From assembly GCF_000150275.1 (NCBI RefSeq), contig NW_002060947.1, positions 7,239,880 to 7,303,879 of the forward strand: a stretch of DNA of 64,000 nucleotides, in the 5' to 3' direction. A program made the position numbers and the translations under genes. This stretch comes from Trichoplax adhaerens. Its lineage: Eukaryota > Animalia > Placozoa. Within the stretch, counting starts at the first letter, position 1. Every line of letters begins with the position of its first letter. The notes beneath the pieces were generated by a model. It was not told where the DNA came from. It saw nothing but the letters and a program-made list of their open reading frames with translations, and made no database searches. Below, in pieces: positions 57,476-64,000 of the stretch.

Positions 57476-60400
57476 CATGGTACTAAAATAATATAAGATG
57501 TTATAAACAAGTCGATTCTATAGTCTATTGTCCAAGAAATGAAGATTTTGGAAGAAGATAGAATTAGATAAAAAGCCCTATATCTTATTGATTATACATT
57601 TTTAGACAGTGGTCATAGAATTACAGATGCAGATGTTGTGATATTGAAATCTCGCGACGGAGAATTTCTGTATTGTTATACATCGATTGATTCAATCAAA
57701 ATCAAGTCAAGTTTACAGCTTATTTCCTATCAAATCAATATTCTACAAACCAGATAAAATTGGATATAAGCTCAATAACTTTTTGCATATATATTCATAT
57801 ACTGGTATCGCAAAATGAAAGATGAAAATACGATAGATTAAAACGTGTAACGATAGAGCATTTAGCAACTACTATACATGGAATTGTTCATATTTGGAGT
57901 AGCCATTTTTGTAGTCTATTGCCCATCTTGGTAATACTTTAGAACCATAGATAAAATTGAATACATACCATATCTTCTAACTTATACAAGAGCATAAAGG
58001 TTACTACGAGCTTATGGATGCTGATATTGCAGTATAAATTACTAGAATGGAGCATTTCGCTACTAAGATACGTCGATTTATACACTAGTGATCAAGCCAA
58101 TTTTATTGTCTATTACCCATCATAACATCAGTCTAAAGCCTAGTCAGTATCTAGAATTCTATAGTAACAGTAAAATTCTTTGTTTTACTTCAACGTCCAA
58201 AATAAAACCAGTCCTGTCCGTATATTATCGTATTAGACCACTGACTCTATTCTAACGATATAATCTAATGGCATGTATCTAGAAAGAGAAAATGGAAATT
58301 CTGATTTTGATATTTAATTCAATTATTAAGGCATTCATTTGATAACAAGACCTCCTTTTCGTACTAATATTCGTGGGTAATTATCTCAAAAATTACAATT
58401 GTAAGATAGAAAAAGTACGTAATTATAAAGGTTTGACCAGATGCTTATTTTAACTCACGTTAACTTAAAGAATTGATGGCCATATAACAAGGTTAATTAA
58501 TTATGGATATCAGGGTGAATTTGGATAAATATTCTGTAAAGATACAGAACTTATTGTTTAATCTGGATTTTATACTTTTCCAATACCATATCTTTTCCAT
58601 AATGAAAGCCTATTCAAATTAGTGACATGCCTTTGCATTGACTGTCAATATATGGCTACAATGCCACAGAATATAAAACTATATGATAAAGAAAATGATT
58701 ATAATGATTGTTTGTTCGTATCAAGAAAAAATATACATCATTTTTTTATTGGATAGTAGAGGACAAAACTTTTAGTAAAAGTTAAAGACTTTAATATATC
58801 ATTATAAATTATAGTAGATAAAGATTATATGAACTAAAATTATTATGCTATACCTCCACGATGGGCATTATTATTGTATGTTTTTGCGCAGAAAATCGAT
58901 CATACAGAAAGAAATACGTGAATATGTATAGGTAAATTTACCAGTCCCATGCTTACATACGTATGGCCGGATCCATTTATCTACAGACTAAAATTTACTG
59001 CTCTGTGACATATAAAAATTCCTAAAGACAGCCAATACAACATCTCATTTATGGAATAATAAATACTACCAACGTAAAGAAAAAATGTCAAAGTTGAATA
59101 AGCATTAAGTATTGGATCTTGAAATGATTATGCCTCCACGAATTTCAATTTTAAAAGTATCAATCAATCATATTTAATGAATCATAAGGATATTCTACAA
59201 GTATTATAAGAGACCTGAGATAATGTTTAAAGTTTTGATCCGTAGGAAACTATTTGCATAAATATTCATATTTGATCCTCGATAGCTTTTTAATTTATTA
59301 AAAATAATTCTTGCAAGACTACTGTGCAGAGCATCTACATTAAAAATTTAGTTGAAAATTTCCCTTTAGAAGGATACTAAGGTTTTAAGATTTTATGCAT
59401 AAACTATAGAAATTAATGGTTTAATTAAGCAAATAGCAAATAGTAACTAGCCAGCAGAGTGCAATCCTTAATTTTATCTAAAGGTTTAAATGCTAATACC
59501 GCCAATTTAGAATTTTATAATATGACTCTACTATTTTATACGTATTTGATCAGGGTATATATCCCAAATTTATAATTTAAAATGATCTACTATTTTGGTC
59601 GCTACAAAGCCTAATGATATTATAAATGATTCTTTTTCAATTATCATTTTTGACATCATTTTGTCCATTATCAGTATTATCAGAGGGCGACTACTAACAT
59701 AACTTATAATAATAACATAGTTGGCTAGATTGTTATCTATAATTAAATCTAAATCATTTTCAGTCCTTGGTGTAATTTTGTCCCGTTGCCTACAACAATT
59801 TTTACTTTACTTCATTGGGTAATAATAATGCAAATTGCAATTTCAATGAGTAAATCATACTGTATCTGTTTATCTGACACTCTTCGTAACGCACATAATT
59901 AATTTAAATATCGGTTAAAGAATAGGTAAAGATATGTAAGAAAATCAAAATGCTAAAAATACATTACTTATTTGATCTTGCCACTAGATATCTATCAATG
60001 TAGATCAAATTTTTTTTATTTCTTCCTATTTACTACGAAGTTGATATTTCATGGCCGCATGATCTCTTTTTGGTAAGAAAAGAATGTATAGAATTAGCTT
60101 GTTACCTTGCAAAGAAATTTAATTTATAATTTGGTGTTGAAAGAAAATGGTTGCATAGCAATCTGAAACAAATAGAACGCATCATAAAATTAGTTTAATT
60201 ATTTCTATGTCTATATCATACTTTCAATATAATAATTTATATAATTTATCACTTTAAAAGTATCTAGCAGCATTAATATTTTAAAAATTAAAAATTTGAT
60301 TATGAAATGTTTAATGGTAGCACAATATAAATAATAGAAATTCTCTAATATGTTATCCATCACCAGTAGATTAAATCATATATCCTGACACAGTAATTTG

Positions 60401-61846
60401 CTGCAATTAGCCTTAAAGAATAACAAATTTAACGGTAATATTCTAATTTTTCATGTCAATATTTATATCATTAAGATTGATTAAATGGTAAAATATTAAC
60501 GCGTTATTGGAATAAAGCTATGGATATCTCGGATATTTAAATGTCTATTTTTGAGTATTTAAACTTAGTATTTAAATTTTATGGAAAGAAATCGAATTTG
60601 ATATAGGCATAAAAAACTGTAACTGCAATTACTTAATAATTTTTTATTTACAAGTAAATTTATTATGTTCTCTATTAGCTTATATTAGGAATACTATCAT
60701 TAAATCCGTTCTAAAAATGGACGCTGACAAAATAGGGTACTTTAGTAATACTGCATTAGCTTACTTCGTAGTATTTTATCCAATTTTAGTCGACAGTAAT
60801 TGATTAACCCTGACTCAAATCCCCTAACTCCCACCTTAACTCGTATTAGGAAGTTCTACTTGGTTACCATGGTAAGGGATCTGAAACAAGATCTAACCTG
60901 TGATTTTCATACAGAGAATATTATTCTTATAGAAGATGTTATGTACTAATCCGGTATAATTAGAACTACATTAGAGCATACTTTTGAGATAGCAACTTGA
61001 GATAATAATGAAAATATATTAATATAATCTTTCCTTTTTTAGTGTCTTATTGCAGCTTTCGGTGATTCTCCTACACTTAATATTTCGAATAGTAACTAAG
61101 GAAGAATGCCTGTCAATAAAAATCATCTATAATTTACTCATATCTTGTTTGCAGCTATTGTGCTGTACTGTAATGATTTCAATTTTACTGAAATATTTCC
61201 AACACCAAAGGAGGTCAGGCGTTAAGCTTTTTGCTTTGCCCGTATTTATTAAAGATTGCTACTATAATTGAGCACGAATATACAGTAGATTTATAACACC
61301 TGCGTAGGCACAAGGAAGAATCTTTGTTCGAAGGTTCTATCAATACGATAGCTATAACACATCAAATAGAAGATAATTGATAGCTCATTTTTAATTATTA
61401 ATTAATAATACAGATTATTGACTGGAAGCGCTGTTTTTTTCTCGCTAGATCAAGATACTTACACCGTGATCATAATACTGTTTTTTAACATAACGGACCT
61501 TAACCGATGGCAATTTTTTACTTTCTAGTTATCTCTAGTGGCAATAGCTGTTATCATCAACTGTCATATATTCTGGTCCGTAGCAATTTCACTCTGAAAA
61601 GTTACTTCCTCTAGCTTTAGTATTATTTCTAAATTTATGATTTACACGGCTAGGATTAGGGTTTTGCGGGTATAGTAGATCACCGACATTGATCCTGTAT
61701 ATTGATATATACACAGTTTATAGTAAAATTTACCTCCTTGATTTGAGAATTAGAATTCAACTTTGTGAGCATTCCTTTACGTTCTTAGCTTTACAAATGT
61801 TTCTTCATCGTTAGCAGATAGTGCTTTGTACATTTGTAAAAGTTTG

Positions 61847-61892
61847 TCGTTGTATCATTTCTAAGAAATTTTACTTAGAAATGATACAACGA
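61847..61892. repeat. Perfect 19-bp inverted repeat with an 8-nt loop
   Basis: TCGTTGTATCATTTCTAAG-aaatttta-CTTAGAAATGATACAACGA. Confidence 0.9.
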
Positions 61893-63294
61893 TATTTTGC
61901 AGTGGTAAAGTATAGCTTGATAATTTGTAAATGAGTTAAAATTACACAACGAGTATATTATGTATTAGACAGTTCACTAATCTTATTTTCAGTCATTGAA
62001 TACGCCCATAATTTAAAGGAGTTTTATTCGAACATTGTCGTGTTTATGTCCATAATCAATCGCATTTTATTCTTGGTTTGCTAAATTTGACGATGTCAAT
62101 TCGATTTCAATTTCTTGCAAAGAACGTTAGAACTCTTAGAAGTATAATTTTGATAATTACGTGCATGATAAGTAAGTAAGGTCGTATAATGGCAATAATG
62201 AATAATTTGATAGTTTTATGATCGATAATGCTATATATTAAGAACAGGGAATGAATATGGTGGATATAAATTGGTAAATACCGTAAGGGAATCAATTGCT
62301 ACTATAAATATTTTCACCACTTGCATATGTATAATCTTACAACTATTTTATCATATTTGCTCCTCAATAAAACAGCAACAATAAAGCAATTCTACATGAA
62401 TGTCAGAATCGCTAAAGGCAGTACTAGGTACTCTAGGAGAAATAATTAACTCCAGCATTTCAATATTTATCTTAAGGCTTATATCAACTGATGCTATTCA
62501 AACGGTTATAATGGTATTTCTATCATGATGTTAACAAACACTATCAATATGATAGCATTCACACAACTGTCTTTATTATCGTCAACAGTTGTCAGTTTCT
62601 ATGTACAAATATAAAGTGTAAAATATATTATACGAGGAGCCGCTATTATAACGGAATCATAAACTCATTTTTCATCGACCAGTCGATAAAATGTGCGCAA
62701 GTCTGTCGTTTTTTGGAATCAGAAATCTTTTCAGCTATGCCATTTAACTTATAAAAATTTAGTTTCCCATTATAAGGCAAGTACCAAAAATAGAGTACAT
62801 CAATTTCGATTATGATTATTTCAATTCTATTTACAGAATCTAGTAGATTAAAATTTATAAATTTACGAATTCTGCTAGAAGATGCAAGCATTACAGGTTA
62901 CTATCTTAAACTACAGTATTGCTTAAGTGATTAGTCATAATTATAATCGATCAATGCAGTTAATGTCCTTCAACCTTGGCAGAAGGAATTTGTTATTCTA
63001 CAATAATCAACAAGCACTTGAATAAATTAATAAAATAAAAATGAGAGAAACGCCTTAAGGATATCCACTTTTCGCAAAGAGTTTCACTGGAAGTTGAATA
63101 CCGTGGCTCATTTTATACGGCTTTGAATGAAATTAACAGATAGAAATGATAGTAACGATTACAGATGGCTGAAATATCAATAACGCCATGCTTGACATAC
63201 AGGTTTATTAGAACCACCGATGAATGTAAGTGTAGCTTTGCTCATCTGTCGTTGAGGGAGAACAGATGCAAGTGATGTATTTTATTACTCCTTA

Positions 63295-63884
63295 TCACCA
63301 CAGCGATAATGATCGTTTCAAGACCGACCAAACACTATTGGATAATTGCGATTGCACCTTTTTATCGGCTACTACTTCTTGACATACATGCTTGCCTAAT
63401 TCAATGGATTGATGCGATACCACATCAGATGCAATGACATCCCTTAGTCCAAGGGCAACAAAATCCTTAGTTTGTTGACTTCCAATGACATTGTTCAAAA
63501 CACGTTGTAGTGTTGCTTGTGTATTAGCATCTTTCATCAGCATTTCCATATAACTTAATAGTTTGTTTTTTGTAACTTCATCTTGCATTAACTGATCCAG
63601 CACTTTCTTTGACAATATTGTCAGTTGTTGTAATGTGTGAGGATCGTTGATGACATAGATTAATAATCTTTGTAGAGCTATTTTTGTCTCTTGTTGCTCT
63701 GCTAACTGAGTAATAAATTTAATAGCGGCATTTTGTGTTTGCTCATCATTCAAGATATCTTGTATCAATGTTTTGGAGATGATATTGGCCTGATTGACTA
63801 CCTGAACGTCGCTTAACGATCGACTGGCCACATCGGCCACTTCATCAGCCATATTTTCACGTATATATTCGCGAAAGATGTAGA
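63295..63884 (-). CDS. 3' terminal exon of an uncharacterised alpha-helical repeat protein (the gene continues beyond the window)
   Basis: Acceptor TTCTAACAG at ~63885, followed by ~196 open codons (YIFREYIRENMADEVADVASRSLSD...). A roughly 19-aa motif (xxLxDxxT: ILNDEQT, INDPHT, LMQDEVT, LMKDANT) recurs, and the frame ends RSLSLW*. Confidence 0.8.
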
Positions 63885-64000
63885 CTGTTAGAAACAAAAA
63901 CATGGTAATGCCAATGGTTAATTTAAATGCCGCATTTCCATGAGATCGTATGAAATTTTCGATATCATGTCGACTAAGGACGATTGTAGTATGTTGGCTA

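Noticed and set aside
60863-60876. X-box-like palindrome GTTACCATGGTAAG
   Set aside because: No adjacent gene start was identified, and a single motif match is insufficient.
43729-62891. Scattered 60-80 aa ORFs in the gene-poor region (other than 55572-56471)
   Set aside because: Their Ile/Leu/Phe/Tyr-rich composition is typical of random AT-rich DNA, and they show no motifs or consistent splice phases.

Overview
AT-rich, intron-containing eukaryotic (animal) genomic DNA. The compact gene structure, short GT-AG introns and gene content are most consistent with a placozoan such as Trichoplax; this is an inference and was not verified. Hand-spliced genes: a C-terminal CAP-Gly protein (+, ~0.7/1.1-5.05 kb), TAB2/3-like CUE-coiled coil-NZF (-, 6.6-10.1 kb), a fungal-type Bmt2 rRNA m1A methyltransferase (-, 13.3-15.6 kb), ARL13B-like ciliary GTPase (+, 17.0-22.5 kb) with an RFX X-box and an upstream small ORF, Polycomb Scm/SCMH1-like (-, 24.6-30.2 kb) with an unexpected integrase-type HHCC zinc-binding domain, a short NDUFB4-like complex I subunit (+, ~32.7-34.2 kb), NONO/SFPQ-like DBHS protein (+, 36.8-40.7 kb), a single-ORF coiled-coil protein (+, 55.6-56.5 kb), and the 3' end of an uncharacterised helical protein (-, 63.3 kb to the window edge). 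The most striking non-genic signal is that dense ACTGT/ACAGT (TACTGTACAGTA) pentamer fields sit at four gene 5' ends and are absent from the ~22-kb gene-poor right half. That right half instead carries several families of degenerate ~180-290-bp tandem duplications. Exon boundaries were read by eye and may be off by a few bases.
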